From assembly GCA_964457555.1 (NCBI GenBank), contig CAYWHA010000015.1, forward strand, positions 7,834 through 71,833: a stretch of 64,000 nucleotides of DNA. The letters are read 5' to 3'. Shown piece by piece: positions 51,219 through 59,411 of the stretch. How positions within the stretch are numbered: position 1 is the first letter of the stretch; the number at the start of each line of letters is the position of its first letter. This DNA is from an uncultured Solibacteraceae bacterium (GTDB lineage Bacteria; Acidobacteriota; Terriglobia; Bryobacterales; Bryobacteraceae). The notes beneath the pieces are model-generated. The model made no database searches. It was not told the DNA's origin and saw only the letters and a program-made list of their open reading frames with translations. Position numbers and translations under genes: made by a program.

Positions 51219-54200
51219 TCACATCCGGATTAGTACGGTCAGATCGGCCCCCGGATACGTTTGCCCCACCGAGAGTATCGCTAGACTAACTTGCGACCCG
51301 GCTGCCAGCGGCGCCAGGGTATTGCCCGCCACGCTATTGGACACCAAAGTCGAGGTCCCGAAAGTCAGCGGACAGTATAGGTTCCCGTTGACGTTCAACT
51401 GAAGTTGTATCGGCGCATCGGCCGCAGTACCCAGCACCGCATAAATCTCGCGAACCGCGTGCGAGGCATCCATCACCAGGGCTGGAGCCGCGTATTGGTC
51501 CACAGCCAGAAAGCCATCCACCTGAATCGTGTACTGTCCGCCGGAGGTTGTGCGCAGTCCCAAATCGGTGGTGTGGGTCAGGGCAATGCTGCCCATTGGG
51601 CTGCTTCCCTTATTGTTGGTCACGACTAGCTCGGCGCTTGCCACGCGTACATCCGGCAGGATTACCGGGAAGCTCCAACTCCCACTGTAAGGACTTCCGA
51701 AAAACTCGGGTGGAAACGCCGCGATCGCGCTCGTGCTTGCCAAATGGTAAACCGGCTCCGGCCCCGCCGTGTGCGCGGTTGCCGGGCTTCCATCGCATCC
51801 TCGCGTCACCTGATAAGTGGCGCCGCCGTTGAGCGCGGCTGTCACGCACATGACTTCCTGGTCGATCTGCAAATAGCTGCCCTTCTGCCCCGGCCCCGGC
51901 AGGCTGAGGTTGATCGTGGTGTCCGCCACTCCCACCGCGTTCGCCAACGTGATTCCCGGCGTGCCCACCAGTTCGTTCCAGTAGTACAGCGTCAGCGTGG
52001 CTGAGGATATCGTGCGCGTGTTCGTCAGGTTGGGGAATGCCACGCCGCTCAACGCCACGGTTCCGCCCTGCGCGCCGTTCCCCAGCCCGAAGAGCGGCTG
52101 CGGCGGAATGGCGGCGTCCCCAAGCCCGCCAATCTGCCAGCGCGTGACCGTCGAAATACCCGGGTCGCATTCCACGTTGTTCACGTTCGCGGCGCGCCCC
52201 GTAATCTGCGCCACCTCGCCCAACCAGTTCGGAATCGCGAACTGCGCCGTCGCGCTGGTGGTCGTCGCGCCGGGATTCCATCCGCTCACCGCCGCCACGA
52301 AGTAGCTGGTGGCATCCGGCTCCACCACCCACGCCGGCGATACCGTTAATGTGGTCGCTGTGTTCGATCCGATCGTCGCTTCCTGTCCCGCCCCGGTCCC
52401 CCGCGTGATCCGCGCCGTCATGCCGCGATACGCATTGACCGTCATGTTGAGCGTTCCGTTGCCCACCGTGTTGGCGGAGTACAGGGTCGCCGCGATCTCC
52501 GGCAGCGCTTCCATGCGCCAGTAGAAATTCGCGTGATCGAAATTGGGGTCCGGCGGCGCGATGTTCAGCGGCGGAAGCCCCGGGTCGGTAAACTGCCCCG
52601 CCATCGCCTGACTGCTCGCAATCCGGTACAATGCCGACGGAGACGCGCCGCGATAGACGTTGAAAGCCGCCGTATTGAGATCGAAGCTCAGCCCCGTCAG
52701 CGTAACGGCGCTTCCACTGCTGGCGATCCCCGCCGTCACCAGGAACGATAGCGCGCTTTCATTCCCCGCCGAATCGAGCGCCGAAACCGCGTAGTACAGA
52801 ACCTGGCCGCTCGCCAGCGTTCCACCCGGCGCCACAGCCGCCGACAAGCTCACAAAGGGGATGCCCGGACCTGCCTCCGCGCTCGTGGCTGGTGGAACGT
52901 AGCTCACCGTGACGGTCACCTGGACCGAGCCGTCGCTGGTGACCGCGTCGGTCTCGGTCACCCCGAACTCAAGATTCCCATTCGCATCCACCACGCTGCC
53001 GATCAGCGGCCGCGGCACACCCATGCCCGCGTCGCTCTGCCGCCGCCCTCCCGTTGCCGAAGTGGGCTGCCCGTTGCTGTCTGCGTACCAGGCGTCGTCG
53101 TGAATCTGCGCCGTGATCGTCGTTACGCGATGGTTGATCCCCGGAGCGATTTTCAAAATACGGAACGGCTGCCGGGTGAATCCTTCTTTGAGGTACGTGA
53201 CCGTGATAATGTCGCCCGGCCGCACTCCGAACGATTTCACGCTCGTTTGGAATTCGATGTACGTGTTGCCCAGCACCGATTTGTTCAGGTTCAGTTGCAG
53301 GATACGCCCTGCCTGGTCGTTGTTCGGAAGCCCTATCGCGTTCAGGCTCGCCGTAATCTCTTGCCCGCAAAGCGTTACATCGTCCGCATCGGCTACCGTG
53401 TAGCTATCTTGCTGGTAATCGTTCAGCGAGTCCTGGAACTCCACGCTGAGACTGTTCGGAGTGTCCGCCATGCTGCGCGAATATACCCGCACGCTCGGTG
53501 CGCCGCTCGGCAGCCGCAGGATTCCGGTAACGCCCGTGCTGCCGTCTCCAAACTCGTAATTCGGCCATCCGCCGTTGAGCGGCTCCGTACTGTTCGACCA
53601 CGCCGGCTGCGTGGGCTGCTCGTTCGCGATGGTGTCCTCCACGCGAAGCTGCAGCAACCCCGCGCTGCTGTAAGTCAGTAGTAGCCGCGCCGTAATCCGC
53701 ACTCCGCGCGCCACGTCGCCCGCGCTCTTTCTCGTCTTCAGCGCCATGTTGCACTGGAACTTGGCGAGCGATATCGCATTGCCGTAGATGTCCACCGCAT
53801 CGATCTGCTGGTCGCAGTCCGCCGCCGCCGCCGCGAAGCTCGCAATGTCAATCTCCGCCGCGCTCCAGCCGAGCCGCCGCAAGATGTCCAGCAGAATCCA
53901 CGCCGGATTGTTGCTGAATTGCGCGCCCGTCTGCACGCCATTCGCGTCGTAAATCGCAATTGTCAGTCCCTGCGCCAGCACCTTGATTCTGGGCAGCGTC
54001 GTCCCGTTGTTGATCTGGTTTGGAACCACCACCGAAAGGTACGCCATGCTTCCGTACGGATCGCCGCCCGGAAAGTTCGCGTCGAACTGCCCCGTGCGTT
54101 GCCCCAGGCTCTGCACGTTGTACCACCCCGTAGCCGTCATGTTGGCGCCGGGGATGCCCAGCGGAATCTGCACCTCGTTAACCAGGACGATCAGCGGCGC

Positions 54201-55079
54201 CTGCATCTCGCCGATCCCCAACAGGACTTGCATCCTCGTCAGATTGCCGTCGTTGCGCGCAAAAACGATGGGGGGCGCGTACCACGCCGTCCCGTACACC
54301 ATCGGCACGAAATCGTTGTACAACGCCGTGTTCAGGCTGATCGCCGAGGCCTGCACGTTCCCCCCGGAGGGCCGCACCAGGATCGACGCCGGCACGAACT
54401 CCAGGCCCCCGAAATTTCCCCACATCCCTCGCGCCTGGCAGTCGCTCCGCGTGTATCCGCAGCTTGTGTACGCAACGCCGCCGTCCAGGTTCCCCGCGCC
54501 GCCCGCAATGTCCGCCGAGTACCCGCAGCGGTAGTACGAAGAGTATTGCCCGTTGCTTCCTCCGTCGATCGCTTCCGTGCGCTGTTCCGCGGTCGCCGGA
54601 AAATCCCACGGGCACGTCCGCTCGATCCGCACCTGCGGCAGCAGAACCCTCTGCAAGCTCATCCGGTTGATCGCCGTCAGCCGGATCGTCGCCTCCAGAA
54701 TCTCGTCCGGCGGATTGCAGATTCCCTGGAACAGCGCCGCGGTCGCGCTGTCAGCCGTCTGAGTCGCCAGATTGTAAATCAGAAAACTCACCGTTAGCCG
54801 CGCGCCCTTAAAACCGATGGATTGCTCCATCTCCGAAAAGTACGAATCCGCGTTCGCTAGCACAATCGAGATCTGCGATAGCCCGTCCACCCCTTGCGCC
54901 GAGGCCGGCTGCATTTCGAAAGCGCTGTGTTCGAGCACCCGCGCCGCATAGGCCTTGCCATTCACGGTGATTCCGTGCGTGCACCAGCTTTCCGTATGCC
55001 CGTTCGCCAGCGTGCAATCGAACAGTAGAAGCGGCGCATCCGTGATCGCCTGCTCCGTCAGACTATAGATGGTTGACAT
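51219..55079 (-). CDS. Tail tip/host-specificity protein: DUF2163 plus BR0599-like hub N-terminus fused to a lambda-J/RcGTA-g15-like central region and FN3-like repeats
   Basis: N-terminus LLLFDCTLANGHTESWCTHGITVNGKAYAARV plus a Cys cluster (RTCPWDF, YYRCGY, YTSCGYTRSDCQARG). The centre, NNPAWILLDILRRLGWSAAEIDIASFAAAAADCD...KFQCNMAL, is typical of Phage-tail_3/J-like proteins. 1286 aa. Confidence 0.65.
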   Translation of the reverse strand: MSTIYSLTEQAITDAPLLLFDCTLANGHTESWCTHGITVNGKAYAARVLEHSAFEMQPASAQGVDGLSQISIVLANADSYFSEMEQSIGFKGARLTVSFLIYNLATQTADSATAALFQGICNPPDEILEATIRLTAINRMSLQRVLLPQVRIERTCPWDFPATAEQRTEAIDGGSNGQYSSYYRCGYSADIAGGAGNLDGGVAYTSCGYTRSDCQARGMWGNFGGLEFVPASILVRPSGGNVQASAISLNTALYNDFVPMVYGTAWYAPPIVFARNDGNLTRMQVLLGIGEMQAPLIVLVNEVQIPLGIPGANMTATGWYNVQSLGQRTGQFDANFPGGDPYGSMAYLSVVVPNQINNGTTLPRIKVLAQGLTIAIYDANGVQTGAQFSNNPAWILLDILRRLGWSAAEIDIASFAAAAADCDQQIDAVDIYGNAISLAKFQCNMALKTRKSAGDVARGVRITARLLLTYSSAGLLQLRVEDTIANEQPTQPAWSNSTEPLNGGWPNYEFGDGSTGVTGILRLPSGAPSVRVYSRSMADTPNSLSVEFQDSLNDYQQDSYTVADADDVTLCGQEITASLNAIGLPNNDQAGRILQLNLNKSVLGNTYIEFQTSVKSFGVRPGDIITVTYLKEGFTRQPFRILKIAPGINHRVTTITAQIHDDAWYADSNGQPTSATGGRRQSDAGMGVPRPLIGSVVDANGNLEFGVTETDAVTSDGSVQVTVTVSYVPPATSAEAGPGIPFVSLSAAVAPGGTLASGQVLYYAVSALDSAGNESALSFLVTAGIASSGSAVTLTGLSFDLNTAAFNVYRGASPSALYRIASSQAMAGQFTDPGLPPLNIAPPDPNFDHANFYWRMEALPEIAATLYSANTVGNGTLNMTVNAYRGMTARITRGTGAGQEATIGSNTATTLTVSPAWVVEPDATSYFVAAVSGWNPGATTTSATAQFAIPNWLGEVAQITGRAANVNNVECDPGISTVTRWQIGGLGDAAIPPQPLFGLGNGAQGGTVALSGVAFPNLTNTRTISSATLTLYYWNELVGTPGITLANAVGVADTTINLSLPGPGQKGSYLQIDQEVMCVTAALNGGATYQVTRGCDGSPATAHTAGPEPVYHLASTSAIAAFPPEFFGSPYSGSWSFPVILPDVRVASAELVVTNNKGSSPMGSIALTHTTDLGLRTTSGGQYTIQVDGFLAVDQYAAPALVMDASHAVREIYAVLGTAADAPIQLQLNVNGNLYCPLTFGTSTLVSNSVAGNTLAPLAAGSQVSLAILSVGQTYPGADLTVLIRM

Positions 55080-55845
55080 AGATAATGTTCACCGTGCACG
55101 AATGGCGGTTTACGCCCGTGGTCGTGACTGCCAGTTGGTCGTCCCTCAGACGCGCGTTCTGATAGACTCCGCCGCTGGTGCTCGCCTGGTACACGGACGC
55201 CCCCGCCTGCGGTTCCGCTTGCATCCCGTATACCTGCACCTGAGCGGCGGCCGGAATTTGTAGCCCGAAACAAATCTCGGCCGCCGCCGCGTCTCCGCTC
55301 CCAACGGAGACGAACCTGTTCCATTGCGTTTGAACTGCTTGGCTCGCTTGGCCGCTCCCCAACAGCATCGTGACCGTCGTAGGCGCGGCTGCCCGCAGAT
55401 AGACGCTCAGGCAGTATTTGTATCCGCCCGGCGCCGTGAGCGTTTGCGAGATCGTCTGCGGCGCCGCGCCTCCATTCGTCAAACTCCACGCTCCCGTTCC
55501 GCCGGTCGGGTCCGCAATCCCGCTGGTGATCGAAAGCTGGGGATCGCGCGCCCAGGCCGCCTGCCCCGGCTCCTCGCTCCATGCCAGCAAATTCGCCCCC
55601 GGGTCCAGGAACGTGAACCCGTTCAGCGTCCCTTGCGCCGACGCGAAGAACTGCTCCAGCGCCGTTAGCTCCGCGTCCGACAGACCCGTGTAGCTCAACG
55701 CCCAATCCGTCGTCGATCCCGCCGCGTCCGCCAGCTTGATCGAGCTTCCGTCCAACGCGGCGTTGATCGCCGTGCGCGCGCGCCGTTCGGTCCGGATCGG
55801 AAACTGGCTCAGCGCGCCCGTTCCAAGTTGTGGATACGTCAGCAT
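55063..55845 (-). CDS. DUF2460-like distal tail protein paralog B (260 aa)
   Basis: MLTYPQLGTGALSQFP...LSDAELTALEQFFASAQGTLNGFTFLDP matches the FP...FF..RxG...F.F.DP pattern of TIGR02217/DUF2460 (RcGTA g12-type). It carries an extra C-terminal beta-rich domain and overlaps its neighbours by 7 and 17 nt. Confidence 0.55.
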   Translation of the reverse strand: MLTYPQLGTGALSQFPIRTERRARTAINAALDGSSIKLADAAGSTTDWALSYTGLSDAELTALEQFFASAQGTLNGFTFLDPGANLLAWSEEPGQAAWARDPQLSITSGIADPTGGTGAWSLTNGGAAPQTISQTLTAPGGYKYCLSVYLRAAAPTTVTMLLGSGQASQAVQTQWNRFVSVGSGDAAAAEICFGLQIPAAAQVQVYGMQAEPQAGASVYQASTSGGVYQNARLRDDQLAVTTTGVNRHSCTVNIIYVNHL

Positions 55846-56207
55846 GACGATCCTCGGTTCTCCATCACCCTCAATACCGTTGCGCCGTTCATCTCTCCGC
55901 TGGCCGTGGTTGGCAGCGTGTCCGTTTCCAGGCTGCAGCTTGGATAAACCGTACCGTCCCAGGGATCGGTGAATGCGAAGTTCCCAAACGCTCCCTGGTT
56001 GTCCTCGAAGAACTGCTCGATGGCCGCCATTTCGCCTTCGTCCAGTTGGCTAAGCGGGATCTCCCATCCGTGCAGCGGGCCGGCGCAGTCCTGGTAGCGT
56101 TGCTCCGTGCCGTCCAGGAAGCGTAACGCCTGGTTCTGATAGCGCACTTTCCGCATCGCCGGATACTGCATCGCGGCATTGGTTTTCAATTTGGGGAAGG
56201 TCGCCAT
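55839..56207 (-). CDS. DUF2460-like distal tail protein paralog A (122 aa)
   Basis: MATFPKLKTNAAMQYP...LDEGEMAAIEQFFEDNQGAFGNFAFTDP aligns by eye with the N-terminal 85 aa of 55063..55845. Confidence 0.55.
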   Translation of the reverse strand: MATFPKLKTNAAMQYPAMRKVRYQNQALRFLDGTEQRYQDCAGPLHGWEIPLSQLDEGEMAAIEQFFEDNQGAFGNFAFTDPWDGTVYPSCSLETDTLPTTASGEMNGATVLRVMENRGSSC

Positions 56208-56209
56208 GG

Positions 56210-56875
56210 CTATAGGTCGTTGACCACATCGTTGATTGAATTGGAATTGAGCATTGCGTTCTTTACCGCCGCTGCGATGTCCGCGCTATGGTCCATGAAC
56301 CATCGCGCATCGAGTGTCTGGCCGTTCGCCGTGGTTTGCGCCGGCCCCGCCACCGCTCCCGCCCCGCTCGAAACGCTGCCGGCCGACCCTCCCGCGCCCG
56401 TCGAAGATCCGCCCAGCGCCCTTGCCGTTCCCATTTGGTCGTAGCTGACGTTGCTCAACGTCCCGCCGCTATCGGCCGCCTGAAAATCGAGTGACGGCGG
56501 CATGACGTACTTAGTCAGTGGCGCGGGTGACTCGGATCCCCCGCCGCTGAATAACCCGATCAACCCCCCAATCAACGGAATCAGACCGAGGCCGCTCTCC
56601 AGAACGGTCTTCGCCACTGAACCCGCCGTCGCTCCGCCCCCGCTGTTGCTTGTCTTCGACATAGCCTCGGCTTCGGTCCTTGCCGGCCGCGGCAGCGTCG
56701 ATGGCGCCACCATGTCTGCTCCGGCCTCGCCTGCGCCGCTCGATTGCGATGCCGTCTCCGCCAGCAAGGCCGCCAGTTCTTCGGTCCCGGCCTTCGCCGC
56801 CAACGCATCGGTCCCTTCGCCGCCCGCAGCCTCTATGAAACTATCGAGTAACTTCTCTTGTATGGTCTTGGCCAT
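56210..56875 (-). CDS. Short tape-measure-like protein (221 aa, Gly/Ala/Ser-rich with a central hydrophobic segment)
   Basis: Sits in the tape-measure position directly after the G/GT genes. Helical N-terminus, hydrophobic GLGLIPLIGGLIGLFSGGG, low-complexity remainder. The assignment rests on synteny only. Confidence 0.45.
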   Translation of the reverse strand: MAKTIQEKLLDSFIEAAGGEGTDALAAKAGTEELAALLAETASQSSGAGEAGADMVAPSTLPRPARTEAEAMSKTSNSGGGATAGSVAKTVLESGLGLIPLIGGLIGLFSGGGSESPAPLTKYVMPPSLDFQAADSGGTLSNVSYDQMGTARALGGSSTGAGGSAGSVSSGAGAVAGPAQTTANGQTLDARWFMDHSADIAAAVKNAMLNSNSINDVVNDL

Positions 56876-57556
56876 TTCTTGTTTCCGTCGAAAGCTCGTT
56901 TTCCAGGATCGCGAACGCCTCCACTTGCCGGGCGCTCAACTCCGCGAAGCCCGTCCCTCCGACCCGCCGCCGCACCAGAAACTCCTCCACCAGCGTCAGG
57001 CTGTCTCCCGTGACATACGATTTTGGACAGGATGTGAGCGAGGCGCCCCTCCTCGCCCACACCAGCGGCGCGCCCGTCCCCTCCGGGTGCGCCATCCATC
57101 CGCATCGCCGCTTCTGTTCCAGACCGGATCTCCGGCAGGCGTCGCACTTCCAACCGGCCTGGTTGGAAAACTGAAAGTGGAAGGCGACAATTAGTTTTTT
57201 CGTTCCGCCTCGTCTAGCCCCGTCTCCGCCCGAACCGCGGCCAGCGCTTCTCGAAACAGATCCTCCGGCCCGGCGCCCGCCAGCGACTCCGGCGTGGCTG
57301 CCGCTCCGTCCACCTCCAAACCCACAACCTCCCGTAAACCCCAAGTCACGTAAAGCCGGTCGATCTCCTTCTGCAGCAGCGCCGCATCCATTTTTTCGCC
57401 CGCGCCGCCCCCCGCCTCCAGAAACTCCATCCGCCGCATCAGTTCGCGCACCTGCCGCATCAGATCCACCCGCCGCGCAAACGACATCTTCGCCACCGTG
57501 TACCGCACCCCCGCCGCAACCGCCGATTCCACCATCCTCACGCTCTCGTAAGTCAT
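56841..57556 (-). CDS. Tail assembly chaperone GT-like fusion made by -1 programmed frameshift (about 238 aa)
   Basis: The -1 frame is open from the heptamer (57194-57200) to the stop at 56841 and has protein-like sequence (LIVAFHFQFSNQAGWKCDACRR...). It has no start codon for its first 33 codons. Span length is 716 nt, which equals 3n-1 as expected for a -1 shift. Confidence 0.5.
57191..57556 (-). CDS. Tail assembly chaperone, G-like (121 aa)
   Basis: Small acidic helical protein between the tube candidate and the tape-measure-like gene. It ends ...EAERKN-TAA, with the slippery heptamer in its last codons. Confidence 0.6.
   Translation of the reverse strand: MTYESVRMVESAVAAGVRYTVAKMSFARRVDLMRQVRELMRRMEFLEAGGGAGEKMDAALLQKEIDRLYVTWGLREVVGLEVDGAAATPESLAGAGPEDLFREALAAVRAETGLDEAERKN
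57194..57200 (-). promoter_or_regulatory. -1 ribosomal frameshift slippery heptamer A_AAA_AAC
   Basis: Minus-strand zero frame reads GAA CGA AAA AAC TAA. This gives X_XXY_YYZ = A_AAA_AAC in the correct phase, immediately before the stop codon. Confidence 0.55.
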
Positions 57557-57569
57557 AGCCCCATCCCTC

Positions 57570-57698
57570 TTGACGCGGAGACGCGGACGCGAAGCGCCAC
57601 AAATCCACCCTGCATTCCCGAACCTCTTATAGAGGTTTTCTCCGCGTCCCCGCGTCTCCGCGTCAAAGCCTTTCTCTGCTTACTCTCCGCGTCAAAGC
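57570..57698 (-). repeat. Inverted plus direct repeat complex built on TTGACGCGGAG, between the tube and chaperone genes
   Basis: Left arm TTGACGCGGAGACGCGGACGCG (57570-57591) pairs with right arm CGCGTCCCCGCGTCTCCGCGTCAA (57643-57666). A central 7-bp hairpin AACCTCT-TAT-AGAGGTT sits at 57621-57637. TCTCCGCGTCAAAGC is repeated at 57655-57669 and 57684-57698. Confidence 0.85.
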
Positions 57699-57703
57699 TT
57701 GCC

Positions 57704-58912
57704 CTACCCGAACGCCACCGTGATCTCGTTGTCCACCGTCCCCTGCGCCCGCGCCCCCCGGAACTTCCACTGCAGCCGGTTCTGCCCGTCCTCGAATTCC
57801 GGAACCTCCGGGATCACGCTGTTCATGTTGACCCCCATCATCAGCCCTTGCGCTTGCCCCAACTGGAACATCACGCTGATGGGCGATTGCTGCCGCGCCG
57901 CCTGGTAAAGCCCGATGGTCGCGCTGTCGTCCATGCTGTAGAGTTCGAAAGCCGCCGTCACCGTGCGCCCCCCGGGCATGATCGCCTGCGGCAGGTTCGT
58001 CCCGAATTCCTTGGCCCGCGCGGCCAACCCGTTCTTCAGCGTTACCGTCCCGCCGGTGATCGTGAAGAACTGCGAGGGCGCGCCCAGCCACGCCTCGCCC
58101 ATGTTTCCGGGCACAATCGAGTAGTCGAACGCGCCCAGCGCCGGCTCCGCCGGGAAGTTCGTCAATGTCCCTTCCCCGCTGCTGAAGCTGCCACTGTCCA
58201 GTAAATCCTGCGCGATCCCGCTGAAGCGGAATTCCTGATAATCCCCGTTCAACAGGATGTCCATCTGGTCGATAGCCCCGCCGCACAGCAGTCTCTGCAC
58301 CGCCGTCGCCGGCGACCAGTAGTCGTAGACGCTCACACTCGGCAGTTCCGTCGCCGGTACGTAAGTCACCGTCGGCGCCACCGCCGTGCCCGCCCCCGGC
58401 AGAGCCGTAAACGGCGCGTTCAATTGCACCGCGGTCGCACTCGCAATCGCCGTCACGAACCGGATCTCGCCGCCGCAACTGACCGCTTGCCCCGCCGTCA
58501 GACCGTGCGCCGCCTGGAACACCAGGCTCCCGGCTGCCGTGCTCGAAGCCGCCGTTCCGCCCGCGAATTCCAGCGGCGTGCCGCCCAGCGCCGCCTGGAA
58601 CAGCGGTCCGTACGCCGGCCCCGGCAGCGTATCGGGCGAGGGCGCGTTGCCCGAAGGCCCGGCCGCCGCCTGCTGCCAGCTCGTCAGAAAGGTTCGAAGC
58701 TCGAAGCTGGTCCGCCTCCTGCCGCCCGCCGGCAGTCCCGGAAATGTCCGGCTGCCGGTCTTGTCCTTCCGCGTGGTAACTTCCAGTTGCTGCTCCACCG
58801 CCAGCTTCAAGGCGGGAATCCGGTTCGCCGAGGTGACCGCCGATACGTTGCCGTAGGCGCTCTCCAATGCCGTGTAGAATCGGTTTGCGTTAGACGAAAT
58901 GTACGAGGACAT
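57704..58912 (-). CDS. Major tail (tube) protein candidate, 402 aa
   Basis: Located after the connector genes and before the chaperones. Beta-rich, Ala/Gly/Thr-rich sequence. Its start lies 2 nt after the upstream stop. Assignment by synteny. Confidence 0.5.
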   Translation of the reverse strand: MSSYISSNANRFYTALESAYGNVSAVTSANRIPALKLAVEQQLEVTTRKDKTGSRTFPGLPAGGRRRTSFELRTFLTSWQQAAAGPSGNAPSPDTLPGPAYGPLFQAALGGTPLEFAGGTAASSTAAGSLVFQAAHGLTAGQAVSCGGEIRFVTAIASATAVQLNAPFTALPGAGTAVAPTVTYVPATELPSVSVYDYWSPATAVQRLLCGGAIDQMDILLNGDYQEFRFSGIAQDLLDSGSFSSGEGTLTNFPAEPALGAFDYSIVPGNMGEAWLGAPSQFFTITGGTVTLKNGLAARAKEFGTNLPQAIMPGGRTVTAAFELYSMDDSATIGLYQAARQQSPISVMFQLGQAQGLMMGVNMNSVIPEVPEFEDGQNRLQWKFRGARAQGTVDNEITVAFG

Positions 58913-58913
58913 G

Positions 58914-59411
58914 TTAGTTGGTGCTCACTCCTATCTCGAGGGCGATCTTCGCCGTCTGTATGAAATTCCTGCCGCCATGTTTCACCGCCGCGAACGATAC
59001 CTCGTATCCGCCTGCGTAAAACATCCCGTTGCCCCAATCCCCCCGGCTCGCGCTCAACGTCTCCGTCACCGCGTCCGTATAGAGTTCCAGGGCGTCTTGC
59101 AGACCCTCCAGCCGGTCGTGCGAGTGCCGCACCTCCACCGTCATCTGGGCCGAGCCGGAGAAGCTCCGGGACTTCTCCTTCAAGGCGTTCACCAACTTCT
59201 CGCAATACACGTTGACCGCCGGATAGGTGACCGTTTCGCTGCGCTCCATCAGGTCCGGCGCCACGTTTTGCGCGCGCACCTGCGCCGTGTTCAGCGCCGC
59301 CGGCGCGCTGTCCGCCGCCGAAAGCGCCGCCAGCGTCGCATTGGCCCCCGCCGGCGCGACGATCAGTTGAATAATCCGGTCGCTGATCGCGCTCCCTATC
59401 TTCTGTGTCAT
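58914..59411 (-). CDS. Head-tail joining/tail terminator-like small structural protein (165 aa)
   Basis: ORF 58914..59588 trimmed to ATG 59411, which overlaps the upstream stop as TAATG. Assignment by position between the coat and tube genes. Confidence 0.45.
   Translation of the reverse strand: MTQKIGSAISDRIIQLIVAPAGANATLAALSAADSAPAALNTAQVRAQNVAPDLMERSETVTYPAVNVYCEKLVNALKEKSRSFSGSAQMTVEVRHSHDRLEGLQDALELYTDAVTETLSASRGDWGNGMFYAGGYEVSFAAVKHGGRNFIQTAKIALEIGVSTN

Noticed and set aside
57148-57168. 8-bp hairpin TTCCAACC-N5-GGTTGGAA downstream of the slippery heptamer as the frameshift stimulator
   Set aside because: It starts 25 nt after the heptamer, well beyond the usual 5-9 nt spacer for -1 frameshift stimulators. 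It may be incidental. The frameshift call does not depend on it.
56996-57190. Alternative small ORFs inside the chaperone extension (56996..57190, 56833..57153) and ORF 56841..57608 as a single unshifted gene
   Set aside because: The upstream half of 56841..57608 is Gly/Arg-rich nonsense that overlaps the well-formed G-like ORF in another frame. The other small ORFs are Arg/Gly-rich. The frameshift model explains the protein-like parts of both frames.
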